From the sequence record MZ475897.1: a DNA stretch of 64,000 nt. One strand, written 5' to 3'. The position numbers and the translations under genes were made by a program. Below the pieces are notes generated by a model, which saw only the letters and a list, made by a program, of their open reading frames with translations, did no database searches and was not told the origin of the DNA. Every line of letters starts with the position of its first letter. The stretch's first letter is position 1. Below are positions 27,701 through 37,603 of this stretch, piece after piece.

Positions 27701-30630
27701 TCATCCAGCATAACGTAGCTGAAATTGAAGCGGTTAACGAACTCAACAGCACCACGTACGCGAACACGCACACCACCAATGTCAACGTTGAACGTACCGG
27801 TCTGCAAGAAGCTCAAGCCAACGATGAAGAGGGTGTTCTGAGGAGCCTGCTTAATCACGTCGTACATACGGTCTTCACCCCAGGAGTTCACGGTGTCAGA
27901 CGTAATAGGTACGGCGTTCCAACCATCAGCAATCTTGTGCAAGTCATCACACCAGTTCGATACGAGGTTGGTAGGGCAGATGATCAGAGGACGAATGTTC
28001 TCTTCACCTAGATCACTCAGCTCCTGAATGGTAGCAGCAATATCGGACAGACCGATGATTGTCTTACCACCGCCAGGCGCGATAAAGACTGTAGCGTAAC
28101 GCGGACGACGGCGAAGTGTTTTGTGCGCTTCTACCTGATGTGGTAAGAGTGCAGCACCAGCTTTGAGTCCAGGAATACGAATGTCTTCAATCGTGATACC
28201 CTGATCAGGCTTGAGGCGTTCAATCTCAGTTTCCGCAGATTCGAAGATCTCCAGAGACTTAGGAATGACAGCGCTATACATCTTGGAGAACGGCAGAATG
28301 ATTTGCTGCAAACGTTCTGCGCCTGGCGCTTCGTCGCTTTCAACCAGAGAGCTAAACAGCTTCTTACGATCAGCATTGCCGATAGCAGCAGCCAGCTCAC
28401 GATACAGCGCACCACCGAAGTAGTTGTTCAGTCGCGCCATGTCGCTGATTTTAGCAGTCTGACCCATCACAAAGTAATGCGTGTGATTAGGCAGAGACTC
28501 CATAGCACCAGCAATATCACCGCTCATCTCAGTAACGGTAGTCGCTACCATGTTCGAGCCGCGTAGGCCAGATGCATCGTTGAGCACGCGCAGCATGATA
28601 CGCATAGCAATCAGACCAGAATCACCCTGAGCCAGAGTAAAGTCATTCTCAATCAGACCCGCGTACAGGTTGTTGTCGAGAGAGCTTTCGGTCAGTGACG
28701 CGTTCTCTGCATCCATACCGATTGCAGCACGCGCTTGCTTGATCAGCGTAGGCAGATCAGGCACCAGCTTGTGGTTGAATGCGAAAGAATACGCAGCCAC
28801 AGTCTGTGCGATGATGCTAACAAGGCCATCAACTTCCGAGTCTTCGGTGGTCGTGAACACGATGGTCTTGTCGTTGACGCTATCGATCAGTTTGCCTTTC
28901 GCAGCTTCCAGTTTAGCCGCCTGCAACAGCAGGTCATTAGCAACACGATACGAGGTCATGTTACCGCTAGACTGATTGCTCATGATGTTGCGAATAACGT
29001 TCGACGCTGAGCGGAAGTTAGGCGTTTCGCCAGGCTCTGCAAAGTCGTAACCCAGCATATCAGCAACGTCTAACGAGTTAGGCGCTTTCATACCGACAGT
29101 ACGGGTTTCGTTAACCGACAGGCCACCACCGTTCGAGGTGTTAACCACCAGCGCGAAGTCTGGGTCGACGCCGATACACACGTTGCTGAATCGCGTTAAC
29201 GATTTGGCTTCTGCCTGCATCGAGTTATCGAAGTCGAGGTTGCCGTTCTGAATAGCGAAGATGTTGGTGCGCAGCGTCTGGTGTTCAGTAGACAGCGGTA
29301 CGCCTTTCGCAAACAGATGCTCCAGCACGCGGTTCAGTTCGGTTTCGTAGTTGCGCACCATCTCAACGTCAATGTCTTCACGTCGAGGCAACACAGACAG
29401 CGTACCGTTAGGCATGATAGTCAGATCGTTTTCATCTGCAACAACATCATGGACAGCGTAGCCGAACTTCTCACGCAGTTGTTTAAGCGCAGGCAGGCCA
29501 GTAGCAGAGGTAACGTAGCGTGGGATACGCGCAGCACGCGTGATACCAGTACGAGTAGAACCACTGATACGGAAGTAATAGCTCGTCCAGCCCTGGAACC
29601 AACGATACAGACACATGGTCTGAGTGTCAGCACCCTGAGAGATGTACTCAACCATCTCTTTGCTCAGGTTAACAATCAGGCCGCCTTCTGCACGAATGTC
29701 GGTAGCAATTGCTACTTCGTTGAACTCCAGCGGATAGTCGTGGCTGATCTTCATCGCTTCGAGTTTGCGATCAATCATCTGCTTGCCTGGGATAGAGCGC
29801 AGGCCCAGAGTCATGAAGTCGCCGAGCGCATCAACAACGTCTTTGTCCAGATTACGGAACAGGTTGATATCCAGATTGTGCATCTTCGGGTGCACACCAC
29901 GCAGCGCCGCGTTGTAGATAGACCAGTCTTTGCCGAGAGGGATACGAACAACTTTGGTCTGGAACACGTTGGCGTTGGTACGCGCTTCACCGAAGATATC
30001 CTTGTACAGGGTCTTCGCGGCGTTGATAGCTGCCTGAGCAATGTCAGAGCTATACACCTGAATGTTCATCTGCTCAAAGTTAGAGTCGTTATCGACACGA
30101 GGACGATCACTACCCTGACTGTTCGTAACGTTGAAGTTACCCGCACCAGCAGCTGGAGACTGCGGGCATGGCGTGCCTGACATGATAATGTCTTTGCCGC
30201 CTGGGTACACGGTACTGTTTTCGATGATAGCGCCTGAGGTGTTGCTCAAGTTTTCCGCTAACGCCGTTTTGATTTCACGAGACAGCTTACCGCTATTCAG
30301 CAGCACCTGAATCTTGTTCGTGGACATGTCCACATATTGCTGCACACGCTTGGTGAACTCTTCTGGCGCTACTTCCAGAATGTCTTCGAACTCAGCACCA
30401 TTACGGATGATGTAGTTGAGCAAGTCGAATGCTGCATAGATACGGGCGACAGTTGACGCAGAGAACACGGCCAGTGTTTCATAGTGACGGCGTGCTTTGC
30501 CTGTCACGTACATCTTGGCCATGAGCTGCTCGGAGCCGAACGGTACAGGTTTTACCGCCAGCGCCTGATTAAAGCTATCAGCAATTTGCTGGGTCGCTGT
30601 GGCGGAGGTACTGATAATCTGATTCATCAT
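24796..30630 (-). CDS. Very large SNF2/SWI2-like helicase-domain protein
   Basis: 1944 aa; Walker A APGGGKT, LIICP, MLDESHKVKN, ATGT; C-terminal lobe ILIANEQAISEGHNMQ...DTPWSPGTYDQSTARIFR; about 830 N-terminal residues unassigned. Confidence 0.85.
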   Translation of the reverse strand: MMNQIISTSATATQQIADSFNQALAVKPVPFGSEQLMAKMYVTGKARRHYETLAVFSASTVARIYAAFDLLNYIIRNGAEFEDILEVAPEEFTKRVQQYVDMSTNKIQVLLNSGKLSREIKTALAENLSNTSGAIIENSTVYPGGKDIIMSGTPCPQSPAAGAGNFNVTNSQGSDRPRVDNDSNFEQMNIQVYSSDIAQAAINAAKTLYKDIFGEARTNANVFQTKVVRIPLGKDWSIYNAALRGVHPKMHNLDINLFRNLDKDVVDALGDFMTLGLRSIPGKQMIDRKLEAMKISHDYPLEFNEVAIATDIRAEGGLIVNLSKEMVEYISQGADTQTMCLYRWFQGWTSYYFRISGSTRTGITRAARIPRYVTSATGLPALKQLREKFGYAVHDVVADENDLTIMPNGTLSVLPRREDIDVEMVRNYETELNRVLEHLFAKGVPLSTEHQTLRTNIFAIQNGNLDFDNSMQAEAKSLTRFSNVCIGVDPDFALVVNTSNGGGLSVNETRTVGMKAPNSLDVADMLGYDFAEPGETPNFRSASNVIRNIMSNQSSGNMTSYRVANDLLLQAAKLEAAKGKLIDSVNDKTIVFTTTEDSEVDGLVSIIAQTVAAYSFAFNHKLVPDLPTLIKQARAAIGMDAENASLTESSLDNNLYAGLIENDFTLAQGDSGLIAMRIMLRVLNDASGLRGSNMVATTVTEMSGDIAGAMESLPNHTHYFVMGQTAKISDMARLNNYFGGALYRELAAAIGNADRKKLFSSLVESDEAPGAERLQQIILPFSKMYSAVIPKSLEIFESAETEIERLKPDQGITIEDIRIPGLKAGAALLPHQVEAHKTLRRRPRYATVFIAPGGGKTIIGLSDIAATIQELSDLGEENIRPLIICPTNLVSNWCDDLHKIADGWNAVPITSDTVNSWGEDRMYDVIKQAPQNTLFIVGLSFLQTGTFNVDIGGVRVRVRGAVEFVNRFNFSYVMLDESHKVKNFSGGQSGSQVHFNTKAVFTAPSVRYARIATGTLVTDRVRDIVGQAALMTPAMFGDSLDVAYDGAKDDIEMIRRAHSRMSNHTAFISFKRKNWAFMLPNPIDTFIQVEIDDPTVPNSSLHQEVYNAMYAQVLEKLQEAANNAKRRAASAGEDDEEDGAETTASDDIDEDDIEEGDDLGALLAGNADLNMYFQRMEMMLTDPMGDDVARLTFENAGVTKFVSAKVLTIIERIRKHFEVQPERDPMVKEQQIFNWTQGVTPRELDMAVYQGQKYLARKQSEEFQRQTLPPSMVPPPEDPDYWKPEVQGKLIVFTRYTRAANAIYNSLPENYKKVAVVYHGEVGKLGQNKEANLDAFKTDDRVQILIANEQAISEGHNMQMGSRIIRCDTPWSPGTYDQSTARIFRPDVAAAVLDENGKPGDMKREAVFIDWVMTNKTLEVGKVARLMWKTLEKTRFDEKGNQRYEKLDQYQLAPIKMNASLLIDNNTMEDFKPYFLAKRDLNDIEAQEFQEMRKTTIAAMQPLPATPALRDFRIMEQVPIVANQKIPDRHNWGLERLLDWARNQNFSSGENVKDALNRAPVVTEFGNGIIVSVTVRTADGKLRADSPISTVRVRLAGGEEIVTVPANKVHYAGKVSPADLKRFFEVRKPWATAKDRKRVEAEAKRVEVEDTVTDETQTADSKATEKKVEAQERKNARVTQRKANKEEGKPINEGVEQAAARVRRRKAAELPPLDNKVRKAVRGAAVTLDDGTDMSLELTPTVYNGFVALYADATDPDAKALKDFEFTEFGDYVYIDCAYYSDFEKFLDFIEAKKLDFDGPSSRRLEFVQDFFDESTPKLSFNYQLAVKAQSQLKQFFQIRHTSAKDVKHIKAYPMVMEDRLRIMFDLATNPKVKRFVGTKIPNTRKFGTFSLSSGMWISFVKNVAGAKARINRIQKAGYSIPNMKQCLAALTKLKLTASKDKSV

Positions 30631-31124
30631 TCACCCAGTTTAGTGTAGTTGTCAATCACTGACTGCCACAAAGCAGGCACCTGAAGGCGACGATCAGCAG
30701 CAATGTCCGAGAGAGTCATTGCCAATGCGTATGCACGCAGAGGTTTGAGTCCTTCAAACTTATCACGAGTGAACACCGAGCCTAATTGCTCGTTGGTCAG
30801 TTCGTTATACTGCTCGCGGTATTCTGCACGATACTTAACGTAGTTACCGTCATCAACAGGGGTGGTGTCAGGCGCGGACTGTGCGAATTGAATCGTCTTA
30901 GCCATAGCATCCATCAACAGCAGAAGGTCTGCTTGATCGTATGGCGAAATGTCAGGTACGCCAGCTTTACCCAAAAGGTCCACAACTGATTGCGGCAATT
31001 GGATAGGCTCACGCGAATCTGACACGGACTGCATAATCCCTTGAGCTGCACCAGCGTAGCGTTTATCACTACCAGCCAGTTCAGCCAAGAGAGAAACGAG
31101 TCGTGCGTTAATCTCTAAACTCAC
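30627..31124 (-). CDS. Hypothetical protein
   Basis: 165 aa; GTG start with AGGAG RBS; ATGA overlap with the SNF2 gene. Confidence 0.7.
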   Translation of the reverse strand: MSLEINARLVSLLAELAGSDKRYAGAAQGIMQSVSDSREPIQLPQSVVDLLGKAGVPDISPYDQADLLLLMDAMAKTIQFAQSAPDTTPVDDGNYVKYRAEYREQYNELTNEQLGSVFTRDKFEGLKPLRAYALAMTLSDIAADRRLQVPALWQSVIDNYTKLGE

Positions 31125-31134
31125 GGTGATTCTC

Positions 31135-31917
31135 CTAAGTAAAAATGCTCTTGACCAAACTGTTGAGTTTCTTCTCTACGGCAGTGCGCTTGTGAGAAGT
31201 CAAAAAACAGCACAGTCTGCGAGACTGTAAGTGCAACGCAAAAGCATTACCCTTAACGCGCATACAGCTAATCCCCAGGTCCAGATTCCATGGATGCCAC
31301 TGACGTGGTAAGAGCATGGCTTGCTGAATCGCCGGATAAGTGTCCGTAACAACAGGCGAAGGGGACTTTGCAAGTTTCTGAGTCAAATTATCAGTCTTGA
31401 ACAAAGCCTTAGGCTGTTTGTTAGAAAACCAGTAAGGAACCTGTCTGTGGAGTATCTCACCCACTTTCGGGATTCCTGTGCGATTAGTCTGCGGCACGTA
31501 TACCAAGTATATATCAACTGTCGTGTTAATGCAATTGGCTACGCGATTAAAATCGCTGGTGGTTCGTGAGTGCACCTCAGCAAGACGAAACTTGCTGTTG
31601 AACTCAATACGTTGCAGCCAGCGTTTCAGATCTGTCTGTTGCAGTTTAAGCAGCGCACGCGCACTATCGATTGAATGACGAGTGACACGCGGCACAGGAC
31701 GAATCAAATACTTTGTGCTGGTGCGAGACAGAGAAGACAGGAAGCCATCAACAACACGTTCCATGCCAAGAGGCTGTGGCAGCGAGTTGAACAAATCTAC
31801 CGCTGTTTGTGTTGAGATGTACGATCCCCAAGCATCAAGATACTCAGGGTCTACGCAATCTGGGAAGTTCCGCAGATCGAGACCGACAGCAGAACCATAG
31901 GCTTTCAAACGACTCAC
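31135..31917 (-). CDS. Hypothetical protein
   Basis: 260 aa; GTGA overlap with the HNH gene. Confidence 0.65.
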   Translation of the reverse strand: MSRLKAYGSAVGLDLRNFPDCVDPEYLDAWGSYISTQTAVDLFNSLPQPLGMERVVDGFLSSLSRTSTKYLIRPVPRVTRHSIDSARALLKLQQTDLKRWLQRIEFNSKFRLAEVHSRTTSDFNRVANCINTTVDIYLVYVPQTNRTGIPKVGEILHRQVPYWFSNKQPKALFKTDNLTQKLAKSPSPVVTDTYPAIQQAMLLPRQWHPWNLDLGISCMRVKGNAFALHLQSRRLCCFLTSHKRTAVEKKLNSLVKSIFT

Positions 31918-32279
31918 CGTCTACCTCCATGAAGCAACTTCGAACCTCTTCGGTTCGCTGAGCCTATCTGGTTATTATCACAATCATGGCATAGCAGCTC
32001 CAGATTGTGTTTGAGATTGCTTCCACCACGTGAGTGGGGAACTTTGTGGTTAAGAATCAGTTGTGGTGTGCGCTTACCGCAACGTTCACACGCTTGACCA
32101 CGCTCATCGATGATCTGCATTTTGAATGCGTGCCACTCTGAACGGTCCATACGAACATGCGTACCAGCACGCGCACGCTCCATACCTGAAACACCAGCAA
32201 GGCGTTGAGTAGTAGACAGGCTACGACCACGACCGCCATTCTGTCTTGCAGCGATACCGCCACGCGCTCTATATACCAT
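31914..32279 (-). CDS. Small HNH-fold protein with Zn-binding cysteines
   Basis: CERC...LILNHKVPHSRGGSNLKHNLELLCHDCD; GGAGG RBS. Confidence 0.8.
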   Translation of the reverse strand: MVYRARGGIAARQNGGRGRSLSTTQRLAGVSGMERARAGTHVRMDRSEWHAFKMQIIDERGQACERCGKRTPQLILNHKVPHSRGGSNLKHNLELLCHDCDNNQIGSANRRGSKLLHGGRR

Positions 32280-32312
32280 GAGAACCTCCTACAGTTTATT
32301 TTACAGTTGTTT

Positions 32313-33134
32313 TTATGCTGAGGAGCTGAATATCTCAACTGTTTTATTCAAGCCCGCCTGATACGCCATCTCAATGTCTTTGGCAGCGTTACGGATAATC
32401 TGCGTAACGGCGGCATCGGCTTTGGCGATCTCTTCAATAGCGAGGTTCTTTTTGTTCCACGCTTTGATCAGATGGTTAACGCCAACAAGAATCGTACCAG
32501 CAGACTCTGCAAATGGTCCCATAACTTCGGCATTAAGGATTTCAGCAAGTTGGGAAACGTCACGCAACGCACGAAGGTCAGCAATGATTTCACGCATCTG
32601 ATTGTATAGCTGCATCAGCGCATAAATGTCACGGCTTTGTTTCTTGTCGCGGTAGTTCTCCTCACAGATACGAGCCATAGACTGACACTGACCAAACATT
32701 GTCATGTACTCGGCGATCTGTTCATTCTCTTGCTTGATAACGTCAGGTACTTCTGACAGCACTTCCATCAGTTCGCCTTCTAAGGCAACGAGGTCTGTAC
32801 CACCCATAGACTTGACTTTCTTTTTCTTCTTCGCCTCTTTGATTGTCTCAACGGCGTTAGTCTTCTTTTTCTTTTTCTTCGCTTTCTTTTCTTCTTTCAC
32901 GGCCAATGCTTTCTGTGTGGCCGCAATATCCGCATACATCTCATCAGCATCAATGCGCGTAGGCATAATGTCTTTCGAGCTATCGGATTTCTTTTTCTTT
33001 TTAACCTTCACGCCTTTGCTAACTGTCTTAGCTTTCTTGACGGAAGTCTTTGCCTTCACCGTCGCCTTCTTTTTCTTCTTGACAGGAAGAGGCTGAGCGT
33101 GTGAGCCAATGTCGTCCAAGCTTATGGCTGGCAT
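32313..33134 (-). CDS. Hypothetical protein with Lys-rich N-terminal half and helical C-terminal half
   Basis: 273 aa; several KKKKK runs. Confidence 0.7.
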   Translation of the reverse strand: MPAISLDDIGSHAQPLPVKKKKKATVKAKTSVKKAKTVSKGVKVKKKKKSDSSKDIMPTRIDADEMYADIAATQKALAVKEEKKAKKKKKKTNAVETIKEAKKKKKVKSMGGTDLVALEGELMEVLSEVPDVIKQENEQIAEYMTMFGQCQSMARICEENYRDKKQSRDIYALMQLYNQMREIIADLRALRDVSQLAEILNAEVMGPFAESAGTILVGVNHLIKAWNKKNLAIEEIAKADAAVTQIIRNAAKDIEMAYQAGLNKTVEIFSSSA

Positions 33135-33156
33135 AGTGAAATCCTCTGAGGAAATG

Positions 33157-33184
33157 AAAAAGGGAACCCTGTTAGGCTCCCTTT
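33157..33184 (-). terminator. Probable rho-independent terminator
   Basis: AAGGGAGCC-TAACAG-GGTTCCCTT-TTT. Confidence 0.7.
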
Positions 33185-33192
33185 AGGGTTTG

Positions 33193-33993
33193 TTAGAAGC
33201 TGTGTGCGCGAATACGATCAGCCAGAAGCGAGAAGTATTCAGGGCTGTAGCGATACACCTTAGCATAGTAGTCGAGCAGCTTAGGCACATCAACACCAGC
33301 AGCGGCAGACACGCTATCCAGCGCAGGGAACTGGCGCTCGTCAAGCTCATCGCTCGGCAGCACAGCCACCATTGAAGCTGAGGTGATTTGCTCGTTGTTA
33401 CCTTCGAAGTCAACAACAAGGAAGCTGTTGTCGTCAGTAACACGCGCAGCAACGAAGCCAACGGTCAACGCACCAGACGCAGACACGAAGCTAATCATGT
33501 CACCACCCTGAGCACCAGCACGGTCAGCAGCATTAGCAGACAGAGCCTGGGCAACTTCTGGCAGACGTGCGTTCAGGTTGAAAGCAGCAGCGCCAGACAC
33601 AGAACGAATCATATCGATCAGGTCGGCGTTATCGTTTGCTTCTGACTGGCGCACCAGAACATCTTCACCGCTTTCAGATTTGCGAACAGCCCACATGCGC
33701 TCTTGTTTGTCCATATACATGTTCTTGGACAGAGCCTGGAACTCATCGCCCATCTGAGCAACAGGAACGATATCCTGCATGCGGGTCAGAATGGTACGAA
33801 CGAAGCTGGAGGTTTTACCCTGCTCAATCATCGAGGTCGCACCCTGAACAGGCATGAACTCGCGATCACAGGAAGCGCTCACGATAGCACCGAAGTTATC
33901 GGTAATATCTTCGTTTGGGGTATGTGTAACTTGCACGATGGCCACACTCTGGGTGTCGTTGAGCTGGTCAATCTGCTTGATGAAAGCGTCCAT
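33193..33993 (-). CDS. Putative virion (head-associated) protein
   Basis: Start reassigned to ATG 33993 (MDAFIKQ) with AGGAG RBS; motif B upstream; contains internal RSVSG and DSVSAA sites. Confidence 0.5.
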   Translation of the reverse strand: MDAFIKQIDQLNDTQSVAIVQVTHTPNEDITDNFGAIVSASCDREFMPVQGATSMIEQGKTSSFVRTILTRMQDIVPVAQMGDEFQALSKNMYMDKQERMWAVRKSESGEDVLVRQSEANDNADLIDMIRSVSGAAAFNLNARLPEVAQALSANAADRAGAQGGDMISFVSASGALTVGFVAARVTDDNSFLVVDFEGNNEQITSASMVAVLPSDELDERQFPALDSVSAAAGVDVPKLLDYYAKVYRYSPEYFSLLADRIRAHSF

Positions 33994-34023
33994 TGTCATC
34001 TCCTGGGATATGTTTGACAATAT

Positions 34024-34031
34024 GAAATTAG
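34024..34031 (-). promoter_or_regulatory. Motif B CTAATTTC
   Basis: 31 nt upstream of the 33993 start. Confidence 0.45.
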
Positions 34032-34042
34032 TATTTCGAGGG

Positions 34043-35206
34043 TTACCTGGTCACGCTGTAACGCGCATTTACCCAGATACTTCGGTTACCAACAGTTGCC
34101 CACTTGGTAGTAGGAGCGTTTGTGATGCCGAGCTTGCCGAGAGAACGCGCGCCATCGATAGCACCAGAACCCTGAGAACCATCACCATCGTTGATACCAG
34201 CTTTCGACAGTTTGTTCTTCAAGTTGGTGACAGGACCTTGTATCTGTGTTTCGATTCTGCCTAAAGCAGCTTCGATTGCAGGGGTGCGGTCCATATTGAG
34301 GTTGACTACTTGCCCAGTGAAGTCAAAGGCCATACTGCCCTCTGCTTGCAACTGAGCGGCGAGCGCATAGTAACACGCACACGTTAGCCAACCATCAAGT
34401 ATTGTACCTTGCATGTTCGTACCACTAAAGCCCGTAACACGAGGGCCTACCATGTTGAACAGCGCAAGGCCACGATAGAGATAACCAATCAGATCAGCCT
34501 GAGTGTATTCCAACTCAGGTATCACGTTAAATGCACGCGCTTTGTTTATATGGTCTTCGACAAAGGAAGCAGCGAGCAACACTTGAGGAGTGATTACCCA
34601 CAGCTTATACGTGTACATCTTGGTTGTCTTACGTGTCGCAGAAGTGTGTGAGGCGATAAGCGAGATAGGTTCGAGGCGACGAGTCGCTACCCATACAGGC
34701 ACTTTGAACACGCAGGTATCGGCGCGGTTCACAATCATCTTAACACCTGCATCGCTGGAACTAATGTCCGTCGCAATGATTTGGTTGTTGAGAGATAACT
34801 GGAAGCGCAGCTTATCGCCACGAGTATCAAAATGAAAAGGCAACGTTAGCTCAAACGTTTCTTCATCGCCAAACAAACACACAATGTCTGTTACACGGTT
34901 TTCAGTCAGAGGCTCAACGGTCAGTTCTTGGCGCGACTGCACGAGTCCCTCTTCGGACTCATATCGCCATGAGACAGTCAGACGTTTAGCGTCCGTAAGC
35001 CCCATGTTAGGAACTGCAAGGTCTGCGGTCCAATAGCCAGGCACTTCACCTGTCGTGGCAACCACTTGAGCAAGCACAGAACGATCTGAGGGATCGATGA
35101 GCGTTACCACAGGCCCCATGTCGTCTGACTGAGGATAAATCGGTTCGTCTAGGTCGTTGAAGAAACCTTCCTCAATGACCAATACGTTACCTTCAACAGT
35201 GCGCAT
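34043..35206 (-). CDS. Putative head-tail adaptor/neck protein
   Basis: Start reassigned to ATG 35206; beta-rich N-terminal domains plus a helical C-terminal region (EYTQADLIGYLYRGLALFN...CACYYALAAQ...FDFTGQVVNL) reminiscent of adaptor proteins; function is inference. Confidence 0.4.
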   Translation of the reverse strand: MRTVEGNVLVIEEGFFNDLDEPIYPQSDDMGPVVTLIDPSDRSVLAQVVATTGEVPGYWTADLAVPNMGLTDAKRLTVSWRYESEEGLVQSRQELTVEPLTENRVTDIVCLFGDEETFELTLPFHFDTRGDKLRFQLSLNNQIIATDISSSDAGVKMIVNRADTCVFKVPVWVATRRLEPISLIASHTSATRKTTKMYTYKLWVITPQVLLAASFVEDHINKARAFNVIPELEYTQADLIGYLYRGLALFNMVGPRVTGFSGTNMQGTILDGWLTCACYYALAAQLQAEGSMAFDFTGQVVNLNMDRTPAIEAALGRIETQIQGPVTNLKNKLSKAGINDGDGSQGSGAIDGARSLGKLGITNAPTTKWATVGNRSIWVNARYSVTR

Positions 35207-35207
35207 A

Positions 35208-36314
35208 TCAACCTGCCTTAGTGAGTCCCAGGTACTCAATTAAATTGCGTAGCTGGTCATTGAACCCACCGGATATAAGCGCTCTCGCCATATTCAAGTG
35301 ATTCGAAGAAACTGCACGCACAACCTTAGCCTGATACTCTGGAACGTTTTGCATGTTCTGAGTCAGGTTGTAGAAATAGCTGCGCACAAAGTTAGTTCGC
35401 TCCACATTGCTCGCTTCCATATCAGACGTATCTTGCGTCGGAGTAAGAAGCATATACAGGGCAGCAAGCAGTTCAGGAGTCGGGTCAACAATCTGCGATG
35501 CGATAGCGGCACTAAGTTTCATCATGCCTTTCGCAACGAAGTCCGCGACAGTTTTGTCGATATACTCGGTGCCAGACTTGCCTACGTTCGGAAGGTACAG
35601 TTTCGGCAGAATGTACATGCAGAAGTAAAGAGGGAAGTCTTTACGCATAACGTCCGAGATAAGCATCTCTGAATAGTCTTTCCAGATGTTCACGTTGTAG
35701 TGCCATTCATCGTACGGCACAGTGCGCATCAGGTTAGACACACTCAGGTCGAGCACCTGATTGGCTGTCGTAGCCAAGTCGATGTAGTTTGCAGCAGGCG
35801 AAAGGGACGCACTCGAAACCAATTGAACGTAGTTACGAGTCACAGCACCAACAGTGTTATAAATAACATTGAGGAACTCAAGTCCGTTGCCGTTAAGCGC
35901 GAACAACACAGAGCGAGGTAGACCGACAGTCAGGTATTCGTTATTGTCAGCTACACCCCATAAACGCCAATAGCGCCCACGACCAAGCTGCGTCAGAGGT
36001 TGAGGCAGCACGCGGTTGGGGCGCGGCTTGAGGCAAAACGTGAAGCAGATACCGCTGTCAATCATGATCACTGAATCATCGGGACGATTCGAGTAACCCA
36101 TCGACATTTGATTGTCGGTACTGAATACGTTAACCAGAGTGAAGTTCAGAGCTTTCGTGAAAGGCATCTGAGCTTCAATTATCTGGGAGATGACTTGACG
36201 CAAGATAGTGTCAAGCACATAAGGAGAAGCACTTCGCATTTGTTGCGGTCGATACTGACCACCGAAAGTGCTTTCCTTGAATGTGCGATCTACCTTGTAG
36301 TGGGTCATTGCCAT
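35208..36314 (-). CDS. Hypothetical, probably virion protein
   Basis: 368 aa; coupled within the motif-B operon. Confidence 0.6.
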   Translation of the reverse strand: MAMTHYKVDRTFKESTFGGQYRPQQMRSASPYVLDTILRQVISQIIEAQMPFTKALNFTLVNVFSTDNQMSMGYSNRPDDSVIMIDSGICFTFCLKPRPNRVLPQPLTQLGRGRYWRLWGVADNNEYLTVGLPRSVLFALNGNGLEFLNVIYNTVGAVTRNYVQLVSSASLSPAANYIDLATTANQVLDLSVSNLMRTVPYDEWHYNVNIWKDYSEMLISDVMRKDFPLYFCMYILPKLYLPNVGKSGTEYIDKTVADFVAKGMMKLSAAIASQIVDPTPELLAALYMLLTPTQDTSDMEASNVERTNFVRSYFYNLTQNMQNVPEYQAKVVRAVSSNHLNMARALISGGFNDQLRNLIEYLGLTKAG

Positions 36315-37603
36315 TACTTGACCGACTGTTTAAGCAGACGCTTCTGTTGAGGACTCAGACCCATAACGTCGGAGATTTGATCAATCTTCGCCAGAGTCAG
36401 AACGCCTTTAGCAGTGCCGCTAGAACCAGTCAGGCTGATCTTAACGAACTCACGTCCTTCACGACCTGTGACCAGCTGGTGGATAAGAGTGTTCTTACCG
36501 CTACGTCCCGCACGCAATGCGCTGCTTGCCATGCCCAAAATCTCGGTAACAGCTTCGCGCTTCTCAGAAGGAGACAGGCCAGGAACGAGACGCACATAAA
36601 GGCTATCGTTCTGCACACGCACGGAGTCGAAGATTTCTTTCTTGCGACCACGAACTGTATGCTGGCGTTGACCCAACTGAGTCATGTTACGCAGGTCATC
36701 AGTCGAACGATTGATAGGCTTACGTTCGCTGTAGTTCAGGAATCCATCCAGAGCCATCAGCTGGTTGATAGCACGCTTCATTTCAGGAGCGGTTTCAATC
36801 AGACGGCCCAGCGGGAATGAGTTAGGAACTTTCTCATCCACCAGCGAGGTGATGTAGTTTTCACTCAGACCAGTAGCCACTGCGATCTTGGTAGAGACTA
36901 CGATAGCATAGGTCGGATAGTGCAGGCCATCAGAGTTCACGAAGTTATCGATAAACACATAGGTCTGGAAGATGATTGGGTCAGTACCCTGCGCGATGAA
37001 AGTACGTGTACGAATCTTAGAGTAATCTTCTTTACTCAGAATCTTCGACAGGTAGTTAGCGATGGTAGCAGCCAACTTGGTGTGTTCTTTCGGTGCGCCG
37101 TTCTTAACGTCAATGCTCATCAAACGCACCAGCTGGGTCTGCTGGTCTTTGGCCTGATTGATAACACTAAGCAGTGACTTGGAAGCGCCTGTCTGATCTT
37201 TGAAGGCGCTGAACGTTTTGCTATTCAGAATCTGATAAGCAACGGACAACTCGCCGATAGCCTGAGACAACTGACTGACCTGAGCGTTATATTTAGCTTT
37301 GTTCTGGACGTCAGAAATATCAATCTTCGACAAGTCGATCACTTGGTTCAGATCGATTGACTTGGCCTGTTTACCTTTGATTGAGCCTTCCAGATCAGAA
37401 AGTTCAATCGCTTTAGGGCTGGCGCTAACAGACAGCAGCTTCTTAGGAATGGTTACAGAAGTAGCAAGAGAGATAACGTTTTCAAGTACCTTCTTGAACT
37501 CTTTAGCAGTACGTGCATTACGCAACGCCACCATGTTCCCAGAGCCGTAATCAACGGATGCGCTGATGCTGCTAACTTCATTGTTTTTGGCAGTCTTAGC
37601 CAT
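36314..37603 (-). CDS. Hypothetical, probably virion protein with SSISA leader
   Basis: Start reassigned to ATG 37603 (MAKTAKNNEVSSISASVD) with GAGG RBS. Confidence 0.6.
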   Translation of the reverse strand: MAKTAKNNEVSSISASVDYGSGNMVALRNARTAKEFKKVLENVISLATSVTIPKKLLSVSASPKAIELSDLEGSIKGKQAKSIDLNQVIDLSKIDISDVQNKAKYNAQVSQLSQAIGELSVAYQILNSKTFSAFKDQTGASKSLLSVINQAKDQQTQLVRLMSIDVKNGAPKEHTKLAATIANYLSKILSKEDYSKIRTRTFIAQGTDPIIFQTYVFIDNFVNSDGLHYPTYAIVVSTKIAVATGLSENYITSLVDEKVPNSFPLGRLIETAPEMKRAINQLMALDGFLNYSERKPINRSTDDLRNMTQLGQRQHTVRGRKKEIFDSVRVQNDSLYVRLVPGLSPSEKREAVTEILGMASSALRAGRSGKNTLIHQLVTGREGREFVKISLTGSSGTAKGVLTLAKIDQISDVMGLSPQQKRLLKQSVK

